Positions 9,684 to 19,312 of a DNA stretch of 64,000 nt are shown here, one piece after another (position 1 is the stretch's first letter; the number at the start of each line of letters is the position of its first letter). Made by a program: the position numbers and the translations under genes. The notes under the pieces were generated by a model. That model made no database searches. It was not told where the DNA came from and worked only from the letters and a program-made list of their open reading frames with translations. This DNA is from Minisyncoccota bacterium (GTDB lineage: Bacteria; Patescibacteriota; Minisyncoccia; Phycocordibacterales; JACRKE01): assembly GCA_041660505.1 (NCBI GenBank), contig JBAZWG010000001.1, positions 477,776-541,775 on the forward strand, in the 5' to 3' direction.

Positions 9684-9772
9684 ACGAAATTTGCAAGGGT
9701 AGGGTGGGGAAAAGCGGAAAACAGAAACTCGGTTTCTCAAGAGAAAACCGAGTTTCTAAAGCCTAAAATTTT

Positions 9773-9847
9773 TGGTGCTCCCGGCAGGAATCGAACCTGC
9801 ATCTGATCCTTCGCAGGGATCTGTCCGGTCCATTGAACGACGGGAGC
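9773..9847 (-). tRNA. tRNA-Arg with apparent anticodon GCG and an encoded CCA
   Basis: Cloverleaf: acceptor GCTCCCG/CGGGAGC, D-stem GTTC/GGAC, anticodon stem GATCC/GGATC with loop CTGCGAA, T-arm GCAGG-TTCGATT-CCTGC, discriminator A, then CCA. Confidence 0.75.
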
Positions 9848-9862
9848 GGTGAAACAATTTGC

Positions 9863-10582
9863 TTACTTTACCATAAAATTTGGCTCTCGGGAAGAGGTAA
9901 GAGTGTGGCCTAATTGAGTTCCTAATTCGAGTAATTCGCGCCGAATATTGCTGTCGCCGTAATACACGTAGCAAATCCCTTTAAAGTTTTTGCGATATCG
10001 TTTCGTCACACTTCGCTTTTTAAAATATGGTTTTTTAAATCTTTCTAGGGGAACACTCAACACTTCCGACCAGAATTTTTTTGCGTCAGTAATACTATGA
10101 TAATAGTGGAGATGAAGATGAATGGAGAAGTGGGCGTTATCTATGATATAAACTTTGCGCAACAGGGTAATGAAAAGACGATGCATTACGGGGTCAGTAT
10201 TCGCAAACTTAATCCCGCCTCCGCCGGTCCCTTTTGCGCCTTCTGCCCAGTACAACATTGAGAGTAGTGATTTAAGGTAGAACAAATCACTAAAGTTTTC
10301 ACTTCCAGATTCAATAATCTTCTTAACCTTATTGGTGCAATCTTGTGTTTGAACTTCGGTTCGGTGCCTCAGGGCTGCAAATGCAAGAGGGCGGACACGG
10401 GCCAAATGGTCTTTCTGTTTCTTGGAGTCTTTTTTGTATCCAGTGATAGAACCAAGCCAGTAGGAAAGAGTGCCTTTTGAGGAAACGCCTAAAATTTCAG
10501 AAATTTCCGAGTATGGTTTCCCTAACTTATGCAGACGAACGGCCTCTTTCCTAACCTCATCTGAATATCTATTGCCAGCCAT
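9863..10582 (-). CDS. Hypothetical protein with an N-terminal helix-turn-helix and a degenerate LAGLIDADG-like motif (possible homing-endonuclease-like protein)
   Basis: N-terminal HTH (EVRKEAVRLHKLGKPYSEISEILGVS), a LAGLIDADG-like block (LLSMLYWAEGAKGTGGG ... MHRLFITLL) and NIRRELLELGTQLG. It lies between tRNA-Arg and an inverted copy of the tRNA 3' end. Confidence 0.4.
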   Translation of the reverse strand: MAGNRYSDEVRKEAVRLHKLGKPYSEISEILGVSSKGTLSYWLGSITGYKKDSKKQKDHLARVRPLAFAALRHRTEVQTQDCTNKVKKIIESGSENFSDLFYLKSLLSMLYWAEGAKGTGGGGIKFANTDPVMHRLFITLLRKVYIIDNAHFSIHLHLHYYHSITDAKKFWSEVLSVPLERFKKPYFKKRSVTKRYRKNFKGICYVYYGDSNIRRELLELGTQLGHTLTSSREPNFMVK

Positions 10583-10618
10583 TTGAACATAGTATACTAC
10601 AAATATTTGTCAGTATCT

Positions 10619-10641
10619 AGGTTCGATTCCTGCCAGGAGCA
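10619..10641 (+). repeat. Inverted partial copy (22/23 nt) of the 3' end (T-arm plus acceptor) of tRNA-Arg at 9776-9798
   Basis: aggttcgattcctgccaggagca compared with the tRNA's AGGTTCGATTCCTGCCGGGAGCA. There is no 5' half or cloverleaf upstream, so it is a fragment. Confidence 0.7.
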
Positions 10642-11124
10642 TTAAAAGCCCAGTCGCCGCGAGAGTAACTCCGCGAAGGGGATTTGATGTTCTTCTTCGG
10701 GTAAATGCTTGAGAATAAAGGCGCGGGTGTTGTCCGGATTAAGATATTCTAGGGGAATAATAATGTACGGCGAGAGCATCTTCTTGGATTTGAAGATGAT
10801 GCTCGCCGGCGTTTGCAGATAAATCCAGAAAGATTCGAGCGATTTAAATGAGTGAAATTCGTTGTTAAGTTTAAGCCCTTGGTTTGTAAGCTCGCAGTGT
10901 ACCGTTTGAGGCGGGCGAGCACCGAAGAGCATAACTGTAAAAGCTGCTACTATGATTAAGACAGCGAAAAGGATGTTGCCGAAGAAGAGCGAGGCGATAG
11001 CGATACCCGCGGCGATTATGCCCACGACCCAATACCACTCGCTAGTTTTATGCACGAACTCGTACTCTTGCGTCTGCCAGGAGATTTTTTCTGCTATCCG
11101 CTCGATGTTTTCTTGTTCCGGCAT
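10642..11124 (-). CDS. Hypothetical membrane protein (two TM helices, PH-like/DUF304-like topology)
   Basis: Hydrophobic segments WYWVVGIIAAGIAIASLFFGNILFAVLIIVAAFTVMLF. Confidence 0.4.
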   Translation of the reverse strand: MPEQENIERIAEKISWQTQEYEFVHKTSEWYWVVGIIAAGIAIASLFFGNILFAVLIIVAAFTVMLFGARPPQTVHCELTNQGLKLNNEFHSFKSLESFWIYLQTPASIIFKSKKMLSPYIIIPLEYLNPDNTRAFILKHLPEEEHQIPFAELLSRRLGF

Positions 11125-11126
11125 AA

Positions 11127-11543
11127 TTATATCGAGAGGGGATATAGTTTATTCTCACAGCCAAGTGAATATCCTTTCTGAACGAACTCAAGCTGGCAGA
11201 AGGTAATCTCATAGGTCTTGCCATCGGAAAGGTAAGTAATGTCATATTTAGGAGATTCCGGATCGATGGGCGGATGTGTTCGGATAAGGAAGAAATCGTT
11301 CGTGAGAGCGGTGATGACGTTACTGCCGGCCGTCACATTCTCCTTGGGTGTTACTATCGGATATGTGCTGTGGGAAAGAAAATAATTCTTAAGCGAGCGC
11401 TGGAGTTCTGTCGCGGCGCCAACTCGGCGGATGTCGTGCGACTCTGTCGCGTATCGGCGCCAAATCAAAGGCGCGATTATTGCGATAATTAATATGGTAA
11501 CGACAGTGATTATAACCTCTAGTATTGTGGTGCGCTCATGCAT
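11127..11543 (-). CDS. Prepilin-type N-terminal domain protein (type IV pilin/pseudopilin-like)
   Basis: N-terminus RTTILEVIITVVTILIIAIIAPLI resembles the class III signal/Glu+5 motif (FTLIELLVV). Confidence 0.4.
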   Translation of the reverse strand: MHERTTILEVIITVVTILIIAIIAPLIWRRYATESHDIRRVGAATELQRSLKNYFLSHSTYPIVTPKENVTAGSNVITALTNDFFLIRTHPPIDPESPKYDITYLSDGKTYEITFCQLEFVQKGYSLGCENKLYPLSI

Positions 11544-11546
11544 ATA

Positions 11547-12833
11547 TTATTCTCTAAAATATCCCCAAGAGTGCAGACGGTCGAAGTCTTCGAACCATCT
11601 GTCGCCAATGTCGGTGCGGTAGTACATGTGGGGGATCATGATGTTCTTGATGCGGGAATACGTTTGTGCCTGTGCTTGTTTCATTGTCGGGCCAGTACCG
11701 CAGACAATGAGGACGACGCCAGAGGTACCCGTGACGAGCCACTCGCCGTTCTCTAACTTAACATCTTCTATATGCACGCCTTCTGTCGGCTTGTTGAAAA
11801 GAATGACAGAGTCTTTGGACTTAACGTTGAACGTCTCCGGGTCGGTGAAGGGGAATGGCGGCACGACAATGCGCACGCCGATCTGGAAGCCCGTTTTAGT
11901 TTTGAACTTGGTGAGCGTACCGGCCGCGAGCTCGTAGAAAAATTCACCCATCGGCATAGTGATGCCTTCTTGTTGAATACAGATAGTAGGGTAGCCGAAG
12001 CGCGATGTCCACTCAAGCGGGTAGATGCCGTTGCCGTTCACAATGCAGTTGATATCTATATAGCCGAAGTAGTGTTCTTCCGCCAACTTCGCTTCCATCT
12101 TTTTTAATGTCTGGTTGTAAATTTTATTAGGCTCGGACCAGAACATAAACGTCCCCATCTCGCCCGTGCTTGGGCCGAGATTACCGGGGAAGAGCTTTTT
12201 ATTCTCGAAGTTTACGTTTATGGGCAAGGCGAATTCTTTGCCATTAAAAAATGCGCCAACCGCCACCTCTACGCCCACGATGCGCTTTTGTAACTGGAAT
12301 GACTTAATCTTCTTGGCGTAAGCCTTCTTGTAATCATTCAAGACCTGCAACATATCCTTGCCGTCGTCATCCTCGCCAACATACAGAATACTCTTTACGT
12401 TTTGTGCTTCCAAGGATGGCTTCAAGACGTATTTACCCGGGTTGGCCTGGACGAAAGCTATCGCATCGTCGAATGAAGTGAAGTCGTTGTAGGGGACTAT
12501 CGAAACGCCGTATTTCTTAAGCTCCTCTTGGCCGAAGTTACGATCGTCCTCGAGCATATCGGTATAAGGCGTACCGCCGACGACAAGCTTGCCGGCATCA
12601 CGAAGCTTCTTGGCCTTCTTGCCTTGGCCGAGCACATCGTCGAAGATTATGACGTCTGCCCAGTCTACGTGCGACTCCCAATCGTCTATTTTCTCAACGA
12701 AACCGTCAGACACCTCGCGCTCCTCCTTGTGCTCAATGAAGTATTTAACGTCGTTGCCCTCCTTGACTAATTGCCAAGCGATATCGCCAATGAGGCCATC
12801 GAGCGATACGAATAAAAATCTCTTTTTTTCCAT
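11547..12833 (-). CDS. purD: ATP-grasp enzyme, phosphoribosylamine--glycine ligase (PurD)-like
   Basis: PGNLGPSTGEMGTF (PurD has GDTGPNTGGMGAY), EWTSRFGYPT (PurD has EFNCRFGDPET) and a C-terminal GTSGVVLIVCGTG. Confidence 0.55.
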   Translation of the reverse strand: MEKKRFLFVSLDGLIGDIAWQLVKEGNDVKYFIEHKEEREVSDGFVEKIDDWESHVDWADVIIFDDVLGQGKKAKKLRDAGKLVVGGTPYTDMLEDDRNFGQEELKKYGVSIVPYNDFTSFDDAIAFVQANPGKYVLKPSLEAQNVKSILYVGEDDDGKDMLQVLNDYKKAYAKKIKSFQLQKRIVGVEVAVGAFFNGKEFALPINVNFENKKLFPGNLGPSTGEMGTFMFWSEPNKIYNQTLKKMEAKLAEEHYFGYIDINCIVNGNGIYPLEWTSRFGYPTICIQQEGITMPMGEFFYELAAGTLTKFKTKTGFQIGVRIVVPPFPFTDPETFNVKSKDSVILFNKPTEGVHIEDVKLENGEWLVTGTSGVVLIVCGTGPTMKQAQAQTYSRIKNIMIPHMYYRTDIGDRWFEDFDRLHSWGYFRE

Positions 12834-12996
12834 ATGTTCATAAAGTATACAAAATAAATCCGCAAGAAGCGAGTATTAAGCCATGTCCGATAGAATATCT
12901 AGTAAAATAAAAGCGCCCTAAAGGACACAAGAAGGCGTAAAAATGTCTTTTATAAACAGGTTAAAAATCAAGATTTCCTATAACCGAATAGTCATG

Positions 12997-13010
12997 TTGA
13001 AAGTTACAAA
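12997..13010. promoter_or_regulatory. Family E motif TTGAAAGTTACAAA immediately upstream of the -35 of the giant surface-protein gene
   Basis: The same motif is found in the AAAGTT octamer arrays at 761-798 and 49690-49742. Confidence 0.35.
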
Positions 13011-13016
13011 ATCGGC

Positions 13017-13044
13017 TTGACACGTCGCCGCATAAAGATAGTAT
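13017..13044 (+). promoter_or_regulatory. Putative sigma70-type promoter for the giant surface-protein gene
   Basis: TTGACA (13017-13022), a 16-nt spacer, then TAGTAT (13039-13044), about 45 nt upstream of the start at 13090. Confidence 0.35.
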
Positions 13045-13089
13045 GAGATGTTTGCGCTTATTTAGTAATCTAGTTTTAAAAAATAATTT

Positions 13090-16000
13090 ATGAGCATAAA
13101 AAGAATTTCAGGAGTCGTGGCGCTGTTAGCCACTGCCGGTATTGCATCGGTCGCAATGGCAGTTGGACCAGGTGCGCCAGCTACACCGACCATAACAGGC
13201 GGTAATTTGGTAAGCGGAACTATTTACGCAAGCTCTACAACTGCGATTCAGGCCAACGTTAACTTTACTGGAGTGGGTGCGGATGTAAGTGACCACATAC
13301 TCCTTTATCTCGACGGCTCTCTTTTCGGGGGGAAAGATTATACGATAACAGGGTCAGAGTTGGTTTCAACCACAAACAACCCCGTAGAATTCCAGTTTGT
13401 TGGAAGCGATCTGACCACTGAAGTGTCACACAATATTACCGCAGTTGCCAGTACTACCTCGGGCGGAGGATTCAGTGTAGAATCTGCTCCGGCGACAGTT
13501 ATTTTTGATAACACTACGCCGACACTTCCAACTGTTTCTATCGCTAGCAACGCGGCGAGCACGACTCTAGCAGGTGTGGGTCGAACTATAACAGTCTCTG
13601 TAAGCGCAAGTGAAAATCTCGACCCGGCCAAAGTTACGGGTACTATTGCTGGTCAAACAGCAACTGTAAGCGGAAGTGGTTCTTCATACACACTTTCTTA
13701 TACAATGACGGGAAGCGATACTCCTGAAATAGTTCCGTTTGCTATAAACTTTTCTGACCTCGCGGGTAATGCCGGGACGCAAGTTGTTTCTACTACTGAC
13801 GCTTCTTCAGTAACATTCGAAAAAACACTGCCAACGCTTAGTGCGATAATCTACTCTTCTAACGCAAGCTCAACACTTGCAAAGTCGGGGGACATAATTA
13901 CAATTGCGGCGAGTTCAAGCGAAGAAATATTCCCAGTATCTGCGACCATTGCAGGACAAACTGCCACAGTCGCTTCGACCAGCCCGACCGATTACTACTT
14001 CACCACAACTGTTGACGGAAGTCATGCTGAGGGACCTGTTGCTTTGGCGATAGACTTCTCTGATCTTGCCGGCAACGCGGGCACGCAAGTTGTTTCTGCA
14101 ACGGGAGTTGTAAGTATAGACAAGACCGCTCCAACCGCAGGTATTTCTTATGACATTAACCATGCGGTAAAAAATGGTACGTCGCTAACTATTACCGCAA
14201 CAACAACGGAATCTTTAATCACTGCTCCGCTTATTTCAATCACAGTGCCAGTAGGCGGAAGTAATGCGGTGTCGAATGTAAGCATGTCGACTTCGAACGA
14301 TAAGGTTTATGTTTATAGTTACACAGTTGGTACGAATGACGGCACGGCAAGTATTGCTTTGAGTGGAACGACAGATTTGGCCGGCAACACAATCACAGTA
14401 ACACCAACGAACGGCACGACATTCACCGTCGATAACACCGTACCGGCGGCACCAGTAGTAACTACGGTTGGCGGTACCGATAATAAAGTAAACGCCAGCG
14501 AAGCCTCGGCAATCATTGTTGTTGGCACGGCAGAAGCGAACGCTACAACGACAGTTTCTATAACAGACGGCGTAAACACAGTAACTAAAGATGGACTTGC
14601 CGATGGATCCGGAAATTATTCCATAACTCTGAACGGTACGACTGCCGTGCCAGCCGCACTCGCCGACGGCGTTATTACTGCATCAGTAACGGCGACAGAT
14701 ATCGCAGGCAATACCGGTCCTGCGGGAACGAAAGCAGTACTCCAGAATACCTCTGTCCCGATTGCACCAGTGCCCTCGATAACCAACAATATTAACAGCG
14801 CTGCAAGTACAACTGTTGCGCTGATCGGTACTGCGCAAAGTAACACTACGCTTTATTATTCAATCTCGGATGGCACTAAGTACCTAACCGGAACATCAAC
14901 TGTAGTAGCCGGCGCATTTAACGTGACCGGCCTCAATCTCTCGACATTTAACGAAGGGAGCATAACCGCGACGACGACAGTAACAGACTCGGTAGGGAAC
15001 GTGAGTTCTGTCGGAATAGCGACTCCAGGAACGAAGGATACCGTCGCTCCGGTATTTTCTTCTGTTACACCAGCCACCAACGCATATATAAAGAATGTAA
15101 CAACGAGCACCCAGCTTGGTTACACTTTGGGTGAATCGCTCGCGTCCGGTCTCGCGGTCTTCACGAGGACTGGTGGCACTGCCGATGGAACTGTTCATTC
15201 TTGTGCGCTCGCGGGTACAGCTAAAACAACTGGTGCCCCGCGTACGCTCGATATCTCAAACACGACTAATGGCTGTACGATAGTGCAGTCTCTCGTCTCT
15301 GGCTCTGTATATAGTATCGACTTCGGCGGGTCGGACGCGGCAGGGAACAATTCGGCAACCACGACTGTAACTGGCGTCACCTTCGATAATACATTACCTA
15401 CGCTCTCGCCGGTTTCTATTGCCTCAAGTAATGCGTCTACAACACTCGCAAAAGCAGGTGATGTTGTCACATTATCATTCACAAGTGATGAGCCAATCCA
15501 AACACCGACTGTAACAATTGCCGGCCATTCTGCCACTGTTCTGGATATGGGTAGCAACGTCTGGAATGCTTCGACAACCGTGCTTATCGGAGACACTAAT
15601 GCCGCTACGTCTTTCACAATCGACTTCACAGATCTCGCTAATAACGCCGGGACGCAGGTTGTTGCGATAACCAGCGGAAGTCCGGTGGTTATCGACACCG
15701 TTGCACCGACGGCGACACTTGCGTATTCACCGACGACGGCAGTTAAGCCAGGCGCGTCGCTCGTCATCACCGCAACATTGAGCGAGCCGATTGCTGATGC
15801 ACCGGTCTTGAACTTCGATATTTCCGGTCCTTATACTCAATCAGCGGCGGCGATGACAAAAACTGATAGTACACATTATGCAACAACGACCATTGTGGGT
15901 GTTGGAAACGGTTCCGCTTCGGTCAACTTGAGCAATGCAACTGACCTCGCGGGGAACGCAATCACTGGTCTCCCGACGAGCGGCGCGACCTTCACAGTAG

Positions 16001-19000
16001 ACAATGCTGTCCCTACGCTCTCCGGGGTTTCTATAAGCTCCTCGAATACGACACCGACACTTGCAAAAGCGGGGAATATAATAACGCTCGCATTCACGAG
16101 TAACGAGACAGTCCAAACGCCGACCGTCACAATAGCAACCCATTCTGCAACGGTACTGAATATGGGAGGTAATGTTTGGAATGCTTCGACAACAGTGTTA
16201 TCTAACGACTCCAACGCGGTTACACCATTCGCAATAGATTTTTCCGATATTGCCGGTAACGCAGGGACACAAGTAACGACAACAAACGATGCGTCAGGCG
16301 TTGTCATTGATACCGTCTTGCCGAATCTGTATCTCGAAACCGCGATAGCTTCGTTAGTTAACACCGCGACACCGAGTTTTGCATTCCGTTCCGATGAGGC
16401 GGGGAATGTCAGCTATTCCGGCGGGTGTACAGCAACTACACCTTCTGTAACTACGGCAACCACCACAATAACTTACAATTCACTTACCGATGCCACTTAT
16501 GGAAGTTGCGCGGTCAAGGTAACTGACGCTACTGGCAACCAAAGCTTGTCGCTCACGCTCCCAAGCTTCACTATCGATACACTCGCACCGACACTTTCTT
16601 CACGTTCTATTTCTTCGAATAATTCATCAACTACCCTAGCCGTTGTGGGCGACGTCGTCACACTCTCGATTACTTCAAGTGAAAATCTCGCCTTTGCTAC
16701 TAGTACAATAGCAGGTCGTTCCGCGGTGCTCGCAACCACATCTCCGACAACCTTCACTTTCACAATAACAATGAATAGCGGTGATGCAGAAACAGTCATA
16801 CCGTTCACTATCGACTTCACGGACTTTGCCGGTAACTCCGGTACACAAGTTTCTACTGTAAGTTCCGGTTCCAATGTCGTCTTCGATAAAACCGCACCGA
16901 CCCTCTCATCCGTTGCGATGGTATCTAATAATGCTTCTACCACACTGGCAAAGTCCGGTAATATTATCACCCTCTCGTTCACCTCCAGCGAGCCTATCCA
17001 GAATCCCTCGACAACCGTTATCGCTGGACATCTTGCGACCGTGACCGGGTCGGGTACAACATGGACTGCTACTTACACAATGAGCACAGGGAGTCAATCG
17101 GACGGGCCGGTTACCTTCACAATAGACTTCAAGGATAAAGCCGGCAATGATGGAACCACCGTCTCGGCTACGACCGATTCATCTGCGGTAACCTTCGACA
17201 AAACGGCACCGACATTATCTTCGGTATCAATTGCTTCTGACAACGCGAGCACTTCTCTCGCCAAGGTCGGCGACACTATTACTTTGTCATTTACGAGCAG
17301 CGAACCATTGTTGGCGGCCGGTGGGACTATAGCTGGACACACTGCGACATTGGCTACAACAAGCCCAACGACATTCACGCTTACAACCACGATGCTGGCC
17401 GGTGACACTACAGGAACAGTGTCATTCTCTGTGACGTTCACCGATAACGCTGGTAATGCTGGTAGCGCGGTTTCTGTTACCAGCAACGGCACGTCGGTTA
17501 AATTCGACAAAACCAACCCGACGGTCTCTGCCGGTTCAGACGCATCGGCGAATGCGCAATTCACTCAAAACGCAACAGCGAGTGACGCAGGCTCCGGTAT
17601 CGCGACTTATTCTTGGACGAAAACAGCCGGCTCGGGCACAATTACCTTCGGCACCCCTGTGGCGGAAGATACTACAGTAAGTGCATCAGTCGATGGTGCT
17701 TACACGATTCAACTTGTTGCAACAGATAACGCAGGCAATACCGCAACATCGACGGCGACAGTAACATGGGATGCCACCGCACCGACGATTGATATCACCG
17801 CACCGATAGAAGGACTGACAATCGCGACGACGACTTCGCTTACTGTAACAACAAGTGAGACAGCAACTTGTACTTATTCGCTCGACAGTGCGACATCAGT
17901 AACTCTCTCGACAACAGGCGGCACTTCTCACAGTGATACTTTAAGCAATGTTGCTTCCGGCGCACATTCGCTCACGACCACCTGTACTGATCTCGCGGCT
18001 AATATTGCCACCTCATCGACACGCTCGTTCACAGCTCTCACGACAAGCGGTAGCAGTATCACTGGCGGTTCCGGCCCGGTTGTCCTCGACAGCACTCCAA
18101 ACGATGGAGACGTAGCACTTCCGGGCGGGGTCACCAGCCTTACACTTTCCGCAAGTTCGCCACTCTCGGCTTCGACCAGCCTCTCTACTGTTGTGCCGGG
18201 TAGTCCAGGGAGCCTCATGCTCAATGGTGCGCCAGTCTTGCTTAACAACTTCACGATTGGAACAACTACTCGTGTTGGCCTCACGACTGCACAGACAGTA
18301 GGGGACAAAACTATAACCGTTGGCACCGGCTTTACCTTGCAGTCCGGTACGAACGGCACACCAATCACGATAGTTGGCAGTGGCACCGGCGTCAGTATGG
18401 ACTTGCCTGATGGTGTTTCAATCCTTGGACCAACAGGTTGGAACGGCCAAGTCTTGCCTCCGTCCGGCGGTACGACCAACGGCTCCGCACCTTCCGGCTT
18501 TACGGTTGGTGATTCATTCGAAATTGGTTCATCGGACGTACCGCTTCTCCTGACCCAAGCGGCAACCATCACCTTCCCAACTATCAAGCCGATGGTAATG
18601 CGCGTGACCGGTTCAAATACCTGGAACACTCTATCGACCTGTGCCGGCACTTACGCTGTACCAACGGCACCAGCGGCGTTCGGCGAATGTGCCATCGCGG
18701 GAACTTCTGCGACCAAGGTCCTGACATACCACTTGACAACCTTCGGCACGATCACAACGATTCCGGCTACAGTAACACAGAGTTCGAACGGGCCGATAAT
18801 TGGATCGTATGGAGGTAATAATGGTTCAGCTTCAGTGACTACCCCAACCCCAACGCCAACGCCAACGGCAACAAAGACAACCTCTGTTGTTTCGAAAATA
18901 ACTACAAAAGTACCGACAACGACAACGACCGGCAACAAGATTACTGCTCAAACTCCCGCAACTTCGCGTGCTGCGCTCATTGCTAAGTTGAACAGCCAAC

Positions 19001-19209
19001 TCGCCCAACTTCGCAGACAGTTGGCATTATTGAAGAATAACGCCCCCGCCTCGTCCGTAACTAATATCGCTAAAGTTAAGCCGAAAGTCGTTCCGCCAAT
19101 AGCAAACATCAGCGCCTTGAACGAAGAAAAAGTAACTGCGCCCAAAGCCACAACCACCAAGAAAAGCACAGGCTTCTTCGGTAAAGTCTTAAACTTCTTC
19201 GGATTCTAA
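13090..19209 (+). CDS. Giant (2039 aa) secreted surface protein with a signal peptide and at least 12 tandem Ig-like repeats of about 100 aa
   Basis: N-terminal signal (MSIKRISGVVALLATAGIASVAMA). Repeats of the form TLPTLS..SNASTTLAKAGD..IAGHSATV..FTIDFSDLAGNAGTQV. A TPTPTPTP linker and a C-terminal coiled segment. Confidence 0.8.
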   Translation: MSIKRISGVVALLATAGIASVAMAVGPGAPATPTITGGNLVSGTIYASSTTAIQANVNFTGVGADVSDHILLYLDGSLFGGKDYTITGSELVSTTNNPVEFQFVGSDLTTEVSHNITAVASTTSGGGFSVESAPATVIFDNTTPTLPTVSIASNAASTTLAGVGRTITVSVSASENLDPAKVTGTIAGQTATVSGSGSSYTLSYTMTGSDTPEIVPFAINFSDLAGNAGTQVVSTTDASSVTFEKTLPTLSAIIYSSNASSTLAKSGDIITIAASSSEEIFPVSATIAGQTATVASTSPTDYYFTTTVDGSHAEGPVALAIDFSDLAGNAGTQVVSATGVVSIDKTAPTAGISYDINHAVKNGTSLTITATTTESLITAPLISITVPVGGSNAVSNVSMSTSNDKVYVYSYTVGTNDGTASIALSGTTDLAGNTITVTPTNGTTFTVDNTVPAAPVVTTVGGTDNKVNASEASAIIVVGTAEANATTTVSITDGVNTVTKDGLADGSGNYSITLNGTTAVPAALADGVITASVTATDIAGNTGPAGTKAVLQNTSVPIAPVPSITNNINSAASTTVALIGTAQSNTTLYYSISDGTKYLTGTSTVVAGAFNVTGLNLSTFNEGSITATTTVTDSVGNVSSVGIATPGTKDTVAPVFSSVTPATNAYIKNVTTSTQLGYTLGESLASGLAVFTRTGGTADGTVHSCALAGTAKTTGAPRTLDISNTTNGCTIVQSLVSGSVYSIDFGGSDAAGNNSATTTVTGVTFDNTLPTLSPVSIASSNASTTLAKAGDVVTLSFTSDEPIQTPTVTIAGHSATVLDMGSNVWNASTTVLIGDTNAATSFTIDFTDLANNAGTQVVAITSGSPVVIDTVAPTATLAYSPTTAVKPGASLVITATLSEPIADAPVLNFDISGPYTQSAAAMTKTDSTHYATTTIVGVGNGSASVNLSNATDLAGNAITGLPTSGATFTVDNAVPTLSGVSISSSNTTPTLAKAGNIITLAFTSNETVQTPTVTIATHSATVLNMGGNVWNASTTVLSNDSNAVTPFAIDFSDIAGNAGTQVTTTNDASGVVIDTVLPNLYLETAIASLVNTATPSFAFRSDEAGNVSYSGGCTATTPSVTTATTTITYNSLTDATYGSCAVKVTDATGNQSLSLTLPSFTIDTLAPTLSSRSISSNNSSTTLAVVGDVVTLSITSSENLAFATSTIAGRSAVLATTSPTTFTFTITMNSGDAETVIPFTIDFTDFAGNSGTQVSTVSSGSNVVFDKTAPTLSSVAMVSNNASTTLAKSGNIITLSFTSSEPIQNPSTTVIAGHLATVTGSGTTWTATYTMSTGSQSDGPVTFTIDFKDKAGNDGTTVSATTDSSAVTFDKTAPTLSSVSIASDNASTSLAKVGDTITLSFTSSEPLLAAGGTIAGHTATLATTSPTTFTLTTTMLAGDTTGTVSFSVTFTDNAGNAGSAVSVTSNGTSVKFDKTNPTVSAGSDASANAQFTQNATASDAGSGIATYSWTKTAGSGTITFGTPVAEDTTVSASVDGAYTIQLVATDNAGNTATSTATVTWDATAPTIDITAPIEGLTIATTTSLTVTTSETATCTYSLDSATSVTLSTTGGTSHSDTLSNVASGAHSLTTTCTDLAANIATSSTRSFTALTTSGSSITGGSGPVVLDSTPNDGDVALPGGVTSLTLSASSPLSASTSLSTVVPGSPGSLMLNGAPVLLNNFTIGTTTRVGLTTAQTVGDKTITVGTGFTLQSGTNGTPITIVGSGTGVSMDLPDGVSILGPTGWNGQVLPPSGGTTNGSAPSGFTVGDSFEIGSSDVPLLLTQAATITFPTIKPMVMRVTGSNTWNTLSTCAGTYAVPTAPAAFGECAIAGTSATKVLTYHLTTFGTITTIPATVTQSSNGPIIGSYGGNNGSASVTTPTPTPTPTATKTTSVVSKITTKVPTTTTTGNKITAQTPATSRAALIAKLNSQLAQLRRQLALLKNNAPASSVTNIAKVKPKVVPPIANISALNEEKVTAPKATTTKKSTGFFGKVLNFFGF
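13480..17530 (+). repeat. Tandem array of roughly 300-bp coding repeats (Ig-like domain units) inside the giant surface-protein gene
   Basis: Recurrent peptide blocks FSDLAGNAGTQVV and DKTAPTLS at about 100-aa spacing. Confidence 0.7.
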
Positions 19210-19212
19210 AAA

Positions 19213-19260
19213 CGGAGGGTAGAGGACTCGAACCTCTAAGGGCTTTCACCCGCTAGTTTT
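19213..19260 (-). pseudogene. 3' half (variable arm plus T-arm plus acceptor 3' strand) of a class-II (Ser-like) tRNA, with no cognate 5' half adjacent
   Basis: Reverse complement reads CTAGCGGGTGAAAGCCC-TTAGAGG-TTCGAGT-CCTCT-ACCCTCC-G. Its acceptor strand is complementary to the GGAGGGA fragment at 19736-19742. Confidence 0.5.
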
Positions 19261-19290
19261 TCCGCCCTTCGGCGGACCCGCTGGGGCGGG
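19261..19290. repeat. 30-bp perfect direct repeat, copy 1 (double hairpin TCCGCCCTTCGGCGGACCCGCTGGGGCGGG)
   Basis: Identical to 19692-19721; it folds into two short hairpins (CCGCC-CTTC-GGCGG and CCCGC-TGGG-GCGGG). Confidence 0.85.
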
Positions 19291-19312
19291 CAAGACTGCT
19301 TTCGAGACAAGG

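Noticed and set aside
13338-19169. Numerous minus-strand ORFs (e.g. 13338-13631, 15195-15770, 17928-18650) inside the giant surface-protein gene
   Set aside because: They are antisense to a strongly supported 2039-aa repeat protein. Their translations are low-complexity (Val/Thr/Ala-rich) mirror images of the sense repeats.
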